Below the pieces are notes generated by a model, which saw only the letters and a program-made list of their open reading frames with translations, did no database searches and was not told the DNA's origin. A stretch of DNA of 64,000 nt, taken from an uncultured Actinomycetota bacterium. GTDB taxonomy: Bacteria; Actinomycetota; Acidimicrobiia; Spongiisociales; UBA4744. Shown here piece after piece: positions 29,166 to 39,229 of this stretch. Every line of letters begins with the position of its first letter. Position 1 is the first letter of the stretch. The stretch spans positions 22,637 to 86,636 of the forward strand of contig CAVRAP010000017.1 in assembly GCA_963718995.1 (NCBI GenBank), given 5' to 3'. Made by a program: the position numbers and the translations under genes.

Positions 29166-29930
29166 GTGGATGGAGTCATGGCTGAAGTAGGCATAGGCGC
29201 AGCGTTCTTGTTTGGCATCATCTCGTTCGTGTCGCCGTGCGTCCTGCCTTTGTTGCCCGGCTACTTGAGCCTGATGTCGGGATATTCGGTCAGCGACCTC
29301 GAAGCGGGAACCGCTTCCACAGCCCGGATGGTAAAAACCACGGGCCTGTTCGTCTTGGGATTCACGGTGGTCTTCGTGCTGCTCGGAGCGGCTGCCACTT
29401 CCCTGGGTCAGACGGTGAGCCGCTACCAGTTCACTGCGACGCGAGTGGCCGGATGGCTGGTTGTTGCCTTTGGTGTTCTGATCGTTGTGTCCGCTGTTAG
29501 CAACAGTCCCTTGCTGGCGGGCCTGATGAGAGAACGGCGCATGGAGGTGCGTCCGTCCCGACTGGGTTCGTGGGCGCCGATTGTCATGGGCCTCGCTTTC
29601 GGGTTTGCCTGGACTCCGTGCATTGGCCCGGTCCTCGCCGCCATCCTGCTCACCGCGTCCGTTCAGGAGACGGTTGGACAGGGCATGGTGCTTCTCTTGT
29701 CCTATGCGCTCGGGTTGGGCGTGCCGTTCGTCCTCGCCGGGATCGGGATGACCAAGATGCTCGGTGCAGTGCGTTTCTTGCGCAGGTATCTGCGCCCGAT
29801 CAACATCGCCTCCGGGTTGTTGCTGGCCGGCTTCGGTGTGCTGATGATCACCGGGAACCTGGCCCGGTTGTCCGGTTGGTTCCAGGAACTGTTCACCACC
29901 ATCGGGTTGGACCGGCTCGCCGAGATCTAA
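29166..29930 (+). CDS. ccdA: Cytochrome c biogenesis / thiol-disulfide electron transfer protein CcdA (DsbD family)
   Basis: 254 aa. FVSPCVLPLLPGYLS and WTPCIGPVLAAIL motifs. The start could be the ATG at 29178. Confidence 0.8.
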   Translation: MDGVMAEVGIGAAFLFGIISFVSPCVLPLLPGYLSLMSGYSVSDLEAGTASTARMVKTTGLFVLGFTVVFVLLGAAATSLGQTVSRYQFTATRVAGWLVVAFGVLIVVSAVSNSPLLAGLMRERRMEVRPSRLGSWAPIVMGLAFGFAWTPCIGPVLAAILLTASVQETVGQGMVLLLSYALGLGVPFVLAGIGMTKMLGAVRFLRRYLRPINIASGLLLAGFGVLMITGNLARLSGWFQELFTTIGLDRLAEI

Positions 29931-31399
29931 TGCTCGTCACACCCACGCTGGAGGAATTCACCGACCTGGCTGCGCGCTACCCCGTTGTTCCGGTCTCGGC
30001 ACGCTTCCTGGCCGATCGGGAGACGGCGGTCAGCGCCTACGAGAAGCTCGTCGGGGATGAGCCCGGATTTCTGTTTGAGTCGGTCGAAGGCGGTGACCGC
30101 TGGGCGCGCTGGTCATTTCTCGGGTGGGACCCGGAATTCACGCTGATCTCCCGGGACGGGGCAACCATTATTGAAGGCGCGTCCATTGAACTAGCGGAGG
30201 GGAATCCGCTCGAGGTGCTGGACGATCTGCTCGGCCGTTACGCAACGCCCGATCTGCCCGATCTCCCGCCGCTCCACAGTGGAGCAGTTGGCTACCTCGG
30301 TTATGACGCGGTGCGCTACGTCGAGGATCTGCCCAATCGCCCGGCCGACGATCGAGCACTTCCCGAGATGTTGTGGCAATTCGTCGGATCGCTGGCGGCA
30401 CTCGATCGATTTGATCAGACCATTACCCTTGTTCGGAACGTGTTCACCGGGGGCGATCCGACTGCCCAGTATGAGGCCGCGGTGCTTGCCCTCGAAACGG
30501 CTGCCGATCGGCTCAGCTCGGGGCGCCCGTATGAGGCTCGGCCGGCGCCGACCCCGTCGCCAATCGAACCGGGCCTCACCTCGACGATGGACCGCATGGC
30601 CTTCGAACAGGCGGTCGAAAAAGCCAAGCGGTACATCGAACAGGGCGACGCATTTCAAGTGGTCCTGAGTCAGCGCCTCGAGACCCCCTTCGCGGGGGAC
30701 CCGTTTGCCGTGTACCGATCGCTGCGACTGCTCAACCCTTCCCCGTACCTTTTCTATGTCAAACACCCAGACATAGCCGTGGTTGGCTCCTCACCCGAGT
30801 TGCTGACCCACGTTCGCGATGGGCGCGTGTACAGCAGGCCGATTGCCGGTACCCGCAGGCGCGGCGTAGACGAAGCCGAAGATGCGGCGCTCGAAGCCGA
30901 GCTCCTGGCCGACCCGAAGGAGCGAGCCGAACACGTCATGCTGATCGATCTGGCCCGCAACGATCTAGGCCGGGTGTCCGAATTCGGGACCATCGCGGTT
31001 GATGATCTCATGGTTATCGAGCGTTACTCCCACGTGATGCACATCGTGTCGGGCGTCTCGGGTCTGCTCCGGACCGGGGTGCGTCCGGTGGACGTCCTCC
31101 GAGCCGTGTTCCCGCACGGTACGGTTTCGGGGGCGCCCAAGGTACGAGCGATGGAGATCATCGATGAGCTGGAGCCGGTCGCCCGAGGTCCGTATGCCGG
31201 TGCCGTCGGGTACATCGATTTCTCCGGGAACATCGATACGGCGATCTGCTTGCGCACCGTGGTGATAGCTGCCGGCAAGGCCTGGGTCCAGGCGGGCGCC
31301 GGGCTGGTCGCCGACAGCGACGCTGCAGCCGAGTACGACGAGACCATGGACAAGGCCGCGGCGGCGCTGGCCGCCCTCGACGGTGCGGCGCGTGTCTAG
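29930..31399 (+). CDS. trpE: Anthranilate synthase component I
   Basis: The ATG at 29930 overlaps the ccdA stop (TAATG). Motifs LLNPSPYLFYV, GTVSGAPKVRAMEIIDELE and GPYAGAVGYIDFSGNIDTAICLRT. The tracked ORF start at 29570 lies inside ccdA. Confidence 0.9.
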   Translation: MLVTPTLEEFTDLAARYPVVPVSARFLADRETAVSAYEKLVGDEPGFLFESVEGGDRWARWSFLGWDPEFTLISRDGATIIEGASIELAEGNPLEVLDDLLGRYATPDLPDLPPLHSGAVGYLGYDAVRYVEDLPNRPADDRALPEMLWQFVGSLAALDRFDQTITLVRNVFTGGDPTAQYEAAVLALETAADRLSSGRPYEARPAPTPSPIEPGLTSTMDRMAFEQAVEKAKRYIEQGDAFQVVLSQRLETPFAGDPFAVYRSLRLLNPSPYLFYVKHPDIAVVGSSPELLTHVRDGRVYSRPIAGTRRRGVDEAEDAALEAELLADPKERAEHVMLIDLARNDLGRVSEFGTIAVDDLMVIERYSHVMHIVSGVSGLLRTGVRPVDVLRAVFPHGTVSGAPKVRAMEIIDELEPVARGPYAGAVGYIDFSGNIDTAICLRTVVIAAGKAWVQAGAGLVADSDAAAEYDETMDKAAAALAALDGAARV

Positions 31400-32354
31400 A
31401 GGACAGGACACGTTCGGTGATGTGACTGCCGAGTACCTGGCGGTCCGGAACAGCGCCGGATTGGTCGCCCGCCACTTCGAACTCGTTGCGGTCCGCGGTC
31501 CGGACACAGAGTCATTTCTTCAGAACATCATCAGCCAGGACCTTGCCGCCCTGGCTCCGGGTGGGGTTGGCCGCTCGCTGCTCCTCGGACCGGAGGGCAA
31601 ATTGCGGGCAGTCTTTTGGGTACTGAAAGGCGAGGACGAAGTGATCCTCGTGACCGACCGGGGCAAGGGTGATACAACGGCGGCAGAGTTGAGCCGGTAC
31701 CGGTTCCACGTCGACGCCACTATCGAGCCAATGAGAGGTGAAGTGCTCAGCGTGTGGGGACCCTCCTCGAGGGAAGTGCTTGAAAGGGCCGACCTCCCAA
31801 CGCCCGAATTCTGGGAGCGACGAGAAGACCGACTCGTTGCCCGGCTCCCGCTCGGCGAGATAGACCGCTTTCTGGTTCTTGGTGCTGAGGGAGAGCAACT
31901 CGAACATGCCGGGGCCCGCCGGGTCGGCTCCCTGGCGGTCACCGCGGTGCGGGTTGAGGCGGGCGAGCCGGTCATGGGCAGAGACCTGGATGAGAAGACC
32001 ATTCCCCAAGAGTCGGGTTTGGTTCCAGACACGGTGTCCTTCACCAAGGGTTGTTATCTGGGCCAGGAACTGGTTGCTCGCATTGACAGCCGCGGACATG
32101 TCAACAGGGTGCTCCGCGGCATCGTGATCGGGACCAACGTGCTTCCTCCCGAGGGAGCGGAACTCTTCGCCGGAGAGGCTCCGGTTGGGCGGATCACGTC
32201 GGTAGCGGAGTCGCTCACCCTGCGTGCCCCGATCGGCCTGGCCCTGGTCCGTCGCGAAGTTGAGCCTGGTGCTGGGATCGAAATACGTTGGGAAGGTGGG
32301 TCGACCAACGCTTCGGTCCATGAGCTTCCCCTCTCGGATTTCACAGAAACCTGA
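31383..32354 (+). CDS. YgfZ/GcvT-like folate-binding protein
   Basis: About 320 aa. N-terminal aminomethyltransferase-like fold (AEYLAVRNSAGLV) and the signature KGCYLGQELVARIDSRGHVNR. Start codon uncertain (GTG at 31383 or 31392). Confidence 0.65.
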   Translation: MRRVSRGQDTFGDVTAEYLAVRNSAGLVARHFELVAVRGPDTESFLQNIISQDLAALAPGGVGRSLLLGPEGKLRAVFWVLKGEDEVILVTDRGKGDTTAAELSRYRFHVDATIEPMRGEVLSVWGPSSREVLERADLPTPEFWERREDRLVARLPLGEIDRFLVLGAEGEQLEHAGARRVGSLAVTAVRVEAGEPVMGRDLDEKTIPQESGLVPDTVSFTKGCYLGQELVARIDSRGHVNRVLRGIVIGTNVLPPEGAELFAGEAPVGRITSVAESLTLRAPIGLALVRREVEPGAGIEIRWEGGSTNASVHELPLSDFTET

Positions 32355-32403
32355 GAATCTTCGAACACGTGGCGAGCGTGTTCGGGCGGCCTACGATGTT
32401 CGC

Positions 32404-33171
32404 ATGCTGACCCAGATCCTGGCCGAAGTCCGGCTGCATCTTCCGGAAGTGCGAAAACGGGCAGCCGAGCTCGAGGCGGAGGCCGGCCGGCAGGGACCCG
32501 TTCGTGACTTGCTCGCAGCACTGACCAGTCCCGGCTTGTCGGTTATTGCAGAGGTCAAGCGGGCTTCACCGTCTCGCGGGCTCATCGAAGGCGATCTTGA
32601 TCCGGCTGCACTCGCCGCTCAGTACGGGGCCGGGGGAGCTGCGGCTATCTCGGTCCTCACGGAGCCCCGTCACTTCCTGGGCTCGCTCGAGGACCTGCGT
32701 CGGGTGCGCCAAGCGGTTGACGTTCCCGTACTCCGCAAAGACTTCCTCGTTGATCCCGTGCAGATCTGGGAAGCCCGGGCCTCCGGCGCTGATGCCGTCC
32801 TCCTGATCGTGGCCGCCCTCGATGATCAAACGCTTGGCGACCTTCTGGCCTTGACGCACGTGATCGGGATGGAGGCCCTGGTCGAAGTCCACAACCCGGG
32901 CGAGGTACAGAGAGCCAGGGCGGCAGGGGCTCGGGTGATCGGAGCAAACAATCGCGATCTCGGGACGTTCGAAGTTGATCTCCATACCGCCGAGCGGCTG
33001 GCGCCCTTGCTGGCCGACGTTCCGGTCGGTGTGGCCGAGAGCGGAATCTGGACGCAGGCAGATGCCCACCGGATGCGAGCCGCCGGATACGATGCCGTTC
33101 TCGTCGGGGAGAGCCTGGTCCGGGCCCAGGACCCCGGTGCCCTTCTGGCGAGCCTCCAGGAGGATCTATGA
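32404..33171 (+). CDS. trpC: Indole-3-glycerol phosphate synthase
   Basis: ATG at 32404 (MLTQILAEV...). Motifs VIAEVKRASPSRG, LRKDFLVDPVQI, IGANNRDL. Confidence 0.9.
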   Translation: MLTQILAEVRLHLPEVRKRAAELEAEAGRQGPVRDLLAALTSPGLSVIAEVKRASPSRGLIEGDLDPAALAAQYGAGGAAAISVLTEPRHFLGSLEDLRRVRQAVDVPVLRKDFLVDPVQIWEARASGADAVLLIVAALDDQTLGDLLALTHVIGMEALVEVHNPGEVQRARAAGARVIGANNRDLGTFEVDLHTAERLAPLLADVPVGVAESGIWTQADAHRMRAAGYDAVLVGESLVRAQDPGALLASLQEDL

Positions 33172-33766
33172 CGTGGGTGAAGGTCTGCGGACTGAGCCGA
33201 GAGGCTGATGTGGCTGTGGCCGTCGAGGCCGGTGCCGACGCCATCGGGATTGTGTTGGCGCCCGGATCTCCTCGCCGGGTGACGGAAGCGAGGGCACGAG
33301 AACTGGTGGGAACCGTGCCGGTCCTGGCCGTAATCGTCACGGTCGATTTCACTCCGCAAGCGCTCCTGGCGGCGGTCGAACGCACGGGTGCCCAGGGCGT
33401 GCAACCGCATGGTGAACATCGCCAGGTTGCCGCCGGAGCGGCACAAGAGGAGGGATTGTTCGTGCTGCATCCTCTGGCCATCCACACCGGGGTCGACGTC
33501 AGTGCGGTAGCAGTGGGTCAAACACCTCTCCTCGATTCGTATCGGGCTGGTATTCACGGCGGGACCGGCGAGAGTTTCGATTGGGACGTGATCGGACACC
33601 TCAACCGCCCGTACGTACTGGCCGGAGGCCTCGGCCCCGACAACGTCTCCGAAGCTATCCGGAGGGTGGCACCGTGGGGAGTCGATGCCTCATCGGGCCT
33701 AGAGTCGTCCCCTGGTATCAAGGACCCGGAACTGATCCGGGCGTTCGTGGAGAGGGCGAAAGGTCG

Positions 33767-33770
<4 letters not shown>
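33168..33770 (+). CDS. trpF: Phosphoribosylanthranilate isomerase
   Basis: ATGA overlap with trpC. Motifs [42 protein letters not shown]. Confidence 0.8.
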
Positions 33771-34932
<1,162 letters not shown>

Positions 34933-34936
<4 letters not shown>

Positions 34937-35733
34937 GCCGGGCCGGGCTCGACACCCTGTTTGCCGCCAACCGCGCCGCCGGGAGAACCGCTCTGCTGCC
35001 GTTCATGACCGCCGGCTTGCCTTCCGTGGCAGCCAGCGTTGACCTTTTTGTGGCGATGGCAGAGGCAGGTGCCGACGCTTTCGAGGTGGGCATCCCCTAT
35101 GCAGATCCGATGATGGACGGACCGACTATTCAAGCGGGGAATCAGCGTGCCCTGGCCGGCGGGGTCACGCTCGAATCGGGATTCGAGATCGTCTCGGCTG
35201 TGGTCGAGCGGACCCGCAAGCCGGTATTGGTGATGACCTACGCCAATCCCATATTTCGGGTTGGGCCGGAGTTCTTTGCCGAGCGATGCCGGAAGGCCGG
35301 CGCCTCCGGTGTCATTGTTGCCGATCTGCCTCTCGAGGAAGCGGCTGCCGTCCAGGAACCCATCGAAGCGGCCGGGCTGGGCATGGTCCTGTTTGCAGCC
35401 CCGACCAGCTCCGACGCACGGCTGCAAGCTATCGCAGATGCGAAACCGGTATTCATCTACGGCATTGCCGATCTGGGTGTGACCGGGGAGCGTTCCGGGT
35501 CCAGTTCCCACGCCCACGATCTGGCCGCCCGGATCCGGGCCGTGACCGATGTTCCGCTGGTTATGGGAGTAGGGATCTCGACTCCGGATCAGGCGCGTGC
35601 GTTGTCAGGAGAAACGGACGGCATCATCGTCGGTTCGGCCCTCGTACGGAGGGTTCTCGAGGCACCCGACGAGCAGTCGGCGATATCGGAGGTACGGTCG
35701 GCTGTCGCCGACCTGGCCGGAGCGCTCCGGTGA
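34933..35733 (+). CDS. trpA: Tryptophan synthase alpha chain
   Basis: GTGA overlap with trpB. Motifs [37 protein letters not shown]. Confidence 0.9.
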
Positions 35734-36881
35734 AGCGGTGGGTCCTGCTGGGTGGCGCCTGCGCGGCCTTGGTCTTGTTTAGTCTGTTCTTTGCCCGGGA
35801 AGCCCCGAAGTCGCTTGACGGTACTGCGCTACCGGATTTTCCCAACTACTACTTCGGCGGGGAGCGGTTGTTCGACGGCAGACCGGTCTATGGATCGTTG
35901 GAAGCCGAGGTCGAACAGAGATTCGGCGTGTCGGGGTATGACGCCTACCCCGCCGACCCGCCTCCAACCGTCCTCTTGGTGGCGCCCCTCAGTTTGCTCC
36001 CGTACGACACCGCCTGGCTTCTTCTGGCCGGTTTGTCGGTGGTCATCATGGTGAGCGTCACGTATCTGACCGCCCGGGAGGTCGCCTTTTCTACCGAGGC
36101 CAGCATTGCTCTCGCTGCGGCCGCACTTCTGACCACCAGTTTTCGGTTTCTCGTTACCCGCAATCACATCGAAACCCTGGTATTGCTGCTGGGTTTCCTC
36201 GGCTGGCGAGCTCTTCGCCGAGATGGGCCGATAAGAACCGGCGTGTGGTGGGGTTTGGCGACCGGACTGAAGCTGTTCCCCGGCATGTGGTTGGTGGGTT
36301 TGCTCCGGCGGCGCACTCGAGTTGGGGTGTTGACCGGCGCCGCAACGATGCTCGTGCTCGGCTTGCTCAGCGGCGTCGCTCTGGGATGGTCCAACGTGAC
36401 CGACTTCGTGACGCAGGTCATCGGATCGTCGACCCGGTGGTACGGGGCGCTCGGCAACTACTCACTTCTGTCATTTGGCACGGCTCTGTCGTCGGCAACG
36501 CTCGGGTGGGTTTTCGCCGGATTCGGCGCGGTGATCCTTGTGCCTCTCTACCTCAAACGGGCCGTCCGGCCGGATCAGGTGTGGGTTGCGGGCACCGCGG
36601 TCGCCCTGCTCCTGTCTCCGTTGTCCTGGCTCAACTACCTGGTTTTGACGATTCCGGCGTTGCTCATCGTTGCGTCCCGACTGAATGTTCGGGTGACCAC
36701 CGACCGCTGGTTGGTATTGGGTCTGGTTGCTTCGCTGGGGTTCTGGGGTCCGGTGGTGTTCTCCGCTGAACTGCCGAGCACGCTCGTGTCGTTCGTTCCG
36801 ACCTACGGGCTGGTGGCTCTGTTTGTCGTGGCCATCACCCGGTTGGGAAATGTCGAGGAGGCGGAACCGCTCAGTGTGTAG
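35730..36881 (+). CDS. Polytopic membrane protein, GT87/DUF2029-like glycosyltransferase (GT-C fold)
   Basis: The GTG at 35730 overlaps the trpA stop (GTGA). Motifs DFPNYYFGG, YPADPPPTVLLVAPLSLLPY, GLKLFPGMWLVGLLRRR and LLLSPLSWLNYLVL resemble the mannosyltransferase-type DUF2029 pattern. The tracked ORF start at 35286 lies inside trpA. Confidence 0.6.
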   Translation: MKRWVLLGGACAALVLFSLFFAREAPKSLDGTALPDFPNYYFGGERLFDGRPVYGSLEAEVEQRFGVSGYDAYPADPPPTVLLVAPLSLLPYDTAWLLLAGLSVVIMVSVTYLTAREVAFSTEASIALAAAALLTTSFRFLVTRNHIETLVLLLGFLGWRALRRDGPIRTGVWWGLATGLKLFPGMWLVGLLRRRTRVGVLTGAATMLVLGLLSGVALGWSNVTDFVTQVIGSSTRWYGALGNYSLLSFGTALSSATLGWVFAGFGAVILVPLYLKRAVRPDQVWVAGTAVALLLSPLSWLNYLVLTIPALLIVASRLNVRVTTDRWLVLGLVASLGFWGPVVFSAELPSTLVSFVPTYGLVALFVVAITRLGNVEEAEPLSV

Positions 36882-37022
36882 ACAACGGCCACCCTTCCGG
36901 GAGAGGAACCGTCCCGGCCGGGGGAGTGGGGGATGCGGCAAGTGGGGCCGGTTCAATGTGGTCGGGTGACCGCTGTCCCCCTAAACGGTACCTACGGTCC
37001 GGGATTATCAAGGGAGACTCAA

Positions 37023-38582
37023 TCAGGTTTTGGGCGCCCTAACGAATACGCTTGCGGTGCCGTCTTGCGATAGCTCCTGCCACTCGCTGGACTCGGTGAG
37101 GATCTGGGCGAGCGGGGTCTTGGGTTCAACCAACACCCAATCGATTGCGTGCTTTTCCAGCGTATCCCTCCACTCCGGGTCCCCGGTGATCGCCTTTTCG
37201 TACTCTCGAGTGAGGTCCGGTCCGTAGAAGTCGGTCTGTCCGTCGATGAACACCTCGATCTCTGGCCAACAGCAGTACAGGAGGTATCCACCCCAGGCAA
37301 ACTGGTTGAGGACGCGATCTCCGGGCGGGTTCTCTCCGAGCTCAGCCATCGTTTCGACGGGGAACAGGTCTTGATCAAAGAAGAACCTGCTGTCTTGTTC
37401 CGCATGCCCCCATGCCAACCCGACAACCAATACGATCACAGCAGAAAGCGCTCCTCCGACGACCCTGCGATTGATTTCTGACCAGGGTTCGCCGCGGACC
37501 GCCAGCCGGGAGCGCAAGGAAAACAGAAAATCCGGATGCTCCCTCAACCAGGCATGGGCCTGCTCGGCGAGGAGCGGGACGGCGACGAGGGCGAAGAGCG
37601 GTGCGTTCCGAAAGGAATAGAGAGCAAAAGCTGTCCATCCCACAAAGAGGAGCCGAGCCGAAACCCGTTTCGGAACCGAGAGGACCACCCCCAAGAGGAT
37701 CAGAACGAGCAACGGCCAAAAACCTTTGAGATGGAAGTCGGGTGAGTTGTATTCGCTCGTGAACCGGAGCAAGAAGTCGTCACCGATGTACCCGAAACTA
37801 TTCGCTATCAAACCGATACCGTTGGGGTTCGCCAGTGATGCGAGGATCGATGCAGCAAGCACAAGGGATAGATGCTTGGCGCGACTGAGTTTGCGATCGA
37901 TGAGGGCGGCCAGCAGATACATGCTGATCAGGACGAATCCGATAATGAAGGCCCCATGCAGGTTTGCCCAGAAGAGCATGAGGGGCGGCAGAAACCACAG
38001 ATGCCGGCGGCGACCCAGCTCGTAGTCTTCCAACGCGATTAACCAATAAGCGACAAATACTACGGTGAACACGTGGGGTCGGGCAGCCCAGTGAACGACG
38101 GATGCTACGGCGCCAAACACTGAGAATGTCGCCGCCAGCGAAACCGGGATCCCGCGTTTGAGCAAAGCTCGGCTCGTCATTGCCCAGGGGGCTGCAACCA
38201 GCACAGCCGTCAAGAGACCGATTCCGTTGAACCCGGCAATCCGATAGGCAACAGCCATGACCAGTTGTGCAAGCCACTCGTGGACGACTACCGCCATTCC
38301 GGCCGCTGTGTAGGAGAACACGTCGACCAAGGGCAAAGCTCGATTGTCGAGCATCCACTCCCCAACTCGCAGATGTCTCCCCAGGTCGCCGTCCCGGCTT
38401 GTGAGCACGGATCCCAAGACGACAGCTGCGAAAAAGGCAATCACAAAGACGACATCGTTGGGAGAGGGAAGGAACCACCTTTGCATGCCTCGCGGGACCG
38501 GAGCGCGGTTGGGAACGTGCGATGTAGTGCGTCCGCTGCTGCCTTCTCTGCTGTCGACGGCTTCGCGTGGCGGTTCAGGCAT
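37023..38582 (-). CDS. Large polytopic membrane protein with a C-terminal extracytoplasmic domain (putative GT-C-like); paralog of 50330..51943
   Basis: 519 aa. N-terminal loop DGDLGRHLRVGEWMLDNRALPLVDVFSYTAAG..HEWLAQL, LFWANLHGAFIIGF, and C-terminal FIDGQTDFYGPDL...ASVFVRA. The same landmarks recur in the 50330 ORF. The start could be the ATG at 38486. Confidence 0.55.
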   Translation of the reverse strand: MPEPPREAVDSREGSSGRTTSHVPNRAPVPRGMQRWFLPSPNDVVFVIAFFAAVVLGSVLTSRDGDLGRHLRVGEWMLDNRALPLVDVFSYTAAGMAVVVHEWLAQLVMAVAYRIAGFNGIGLLTAVLVAAPWAMTSRALLKRGIPVSLAATFSVFGAVASVVHWAARPHVFTVVFVAYWLIALEDYELGRRRHLWFLPPLMLFWANLHGAFIIGFVLISMYLLAALIDRKLSRAKHLSLVLAASILASLANPNGIGLIANSFGYIGDDFLLRFTSEYNSPDFHLKGFWPLLVLILLGVVLSVPKRVSARLLFVGWTAFALYSFRNAPLFALVAVPLLAEQAHAWLREHPDFLFSLRSRLAVRGEPWSEINRRVVGGALSAVIVLVVGLAWGHAEQDSRFFFDQDLFPVETMAELGENPPGDRVLNQFAWGGYLLYCCWPEIEVFIDGQTDFYGPDLTREYEKAITGDPEWRDTLEKHAIDWVLVEPKTPLAQILTESSEWQELSQDGTASVFVRAPKT

Positions 38583-38749
38583 GTGATGACATTAGAACCA
38601 GGAGGACCTCCAGGTCGGGACCTGGCATTCTCCGGGATTCCTGCCGGGCCTGGGAGGGTCCCGGGCAGGCGAACCCGTTGAAAGCCCCTCCCGGCCCAGC
38701 GCATGAACTCCATCGGCGATTCAACGGAAACCCTGAGAGGGGTCTTCTT

Positions 38750-38800
38750 CGTTCTTGCGTGAGTTCCCGCCGCATAGTGCCCGTTTCTCACGCAAGAACG
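38750..38800. repeat. 14-bp perfect inverted repeat (stem-loop) just 3' of tRNA-Leu
   Basis: CGTTCTTGCGTGAG (38750-38763) and CTCACGCAAGAACG (38787-38800) with a 23-nt loop. No U-tract on either strand, so it may be a processing or attenuation structure rather than a canonical terminator. Confidence 0.5.
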
Positions 38801-38814
38801 GGTGGGGAGGTGAG

Positions 38815-38897
38815 TACCGGGAGAGGGATTCGAACCCTCACGCCCTTTCGGACAACGGATTTTGAGTCCGTCGCGTCTACCGTTCCGCCATCCCGGC
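38815..38897 (-). tRNA. tRNA-Leu (anticodon CAA)
   Basis: The 83-nt minus-strand sequence GCCGGGAUGGCGGAACGGUAGACGCGACGGACUCAAAAUCCGU...GAGGGUUCGAAUCCCUCUCCCGGUA folds as a class II cloverleaf. It has a 7-bp acceptor stem (G1-U72 wobble), anticodon loop CUCAAAA, a long variable arm, T-loop UUCGAAU, and discriminator A. CCA is not encoded. Confidence 0.9.
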
Positions 38898-38908
38898 TCG
38901 GGACCATT

Positions 38909-39220
38909 ATGGTACGCGTCCGGGGAGGTCTGTTCGACCTGATGGGCATCGAAGCCAAACTCTTCAAGATCAACGACGCTATCGAAGCGCTGCAACGCGA
39001 AGAAGCTCTGGTGGCAGAGGAGCTGCGCTACCACCGCCACATCGATGATGACGCCCAACGCGATGCGGTAGTCAGTGACGACTGGCAGGACCGTTCGTTC
39101 GCCCGGGATACCACTGCCGACGTGCAGCGTTTCGAGAAAGCGGTCGCCGATGTGCGTTCGAGGCGGGAACGATTGGAGCGGAAACGTGACAAGCTGCTCA
39201 GTCGCCTCGGCGATCTATGA
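38909..39220 (+). CDS. Hypothetical coiled-coil protein upstream of polA
   Basis: Charged, heptad-like sequence (GIEAKLFKINDAIEALQREEALVAEELRYH...RRERLERKRDKLLSRLGDL). Possible starts are ATG at 38909 or ATG at 38942. The tracked ORF start (38567) runs across the tRNA and is rejected. Confidence 0.4.
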   Translation: MVRVRGGLFDLMGIEAKLFKINDAIEALQREEALVAEELRYHRHIDDDAQRDAVVSDDWQDRSFARDTTADVQRFEKAVADVRSRRERLERKRDKLLSRLGDL

Positions 39221-39229
39221 TGCGCCTCG

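Noticed and set aside
35286-35729. Upstream extension of the GT87-like ORF (and likewise 29570..29929 for trpE, 32224..32403 for trpC, 33581..33766 for trpB)
   Set aside because: These extensions lie inside the preceding, clearly homologous trp or ccdA genes in another frame. Proper start codons with 4-nt start/stop overlaps exist at the homologous N-termini.
38750-38800. The 14-bp inverted repeat as an intrinsic terminator for tRNA-Leu
   Set aside because: No U-tract follows the stem on either strand and the loop is long (23 nt). It is reported only as a repeat or structure of unknown role.
38567-38908. 5' part of ORF 38567..39220
   Set aside because: It runs straight across the tRNA-Leu gene and its flanking hairpin on the opposite strand. 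Only the part from the ATG at 38909 or 38942 onward is plausibly coding.
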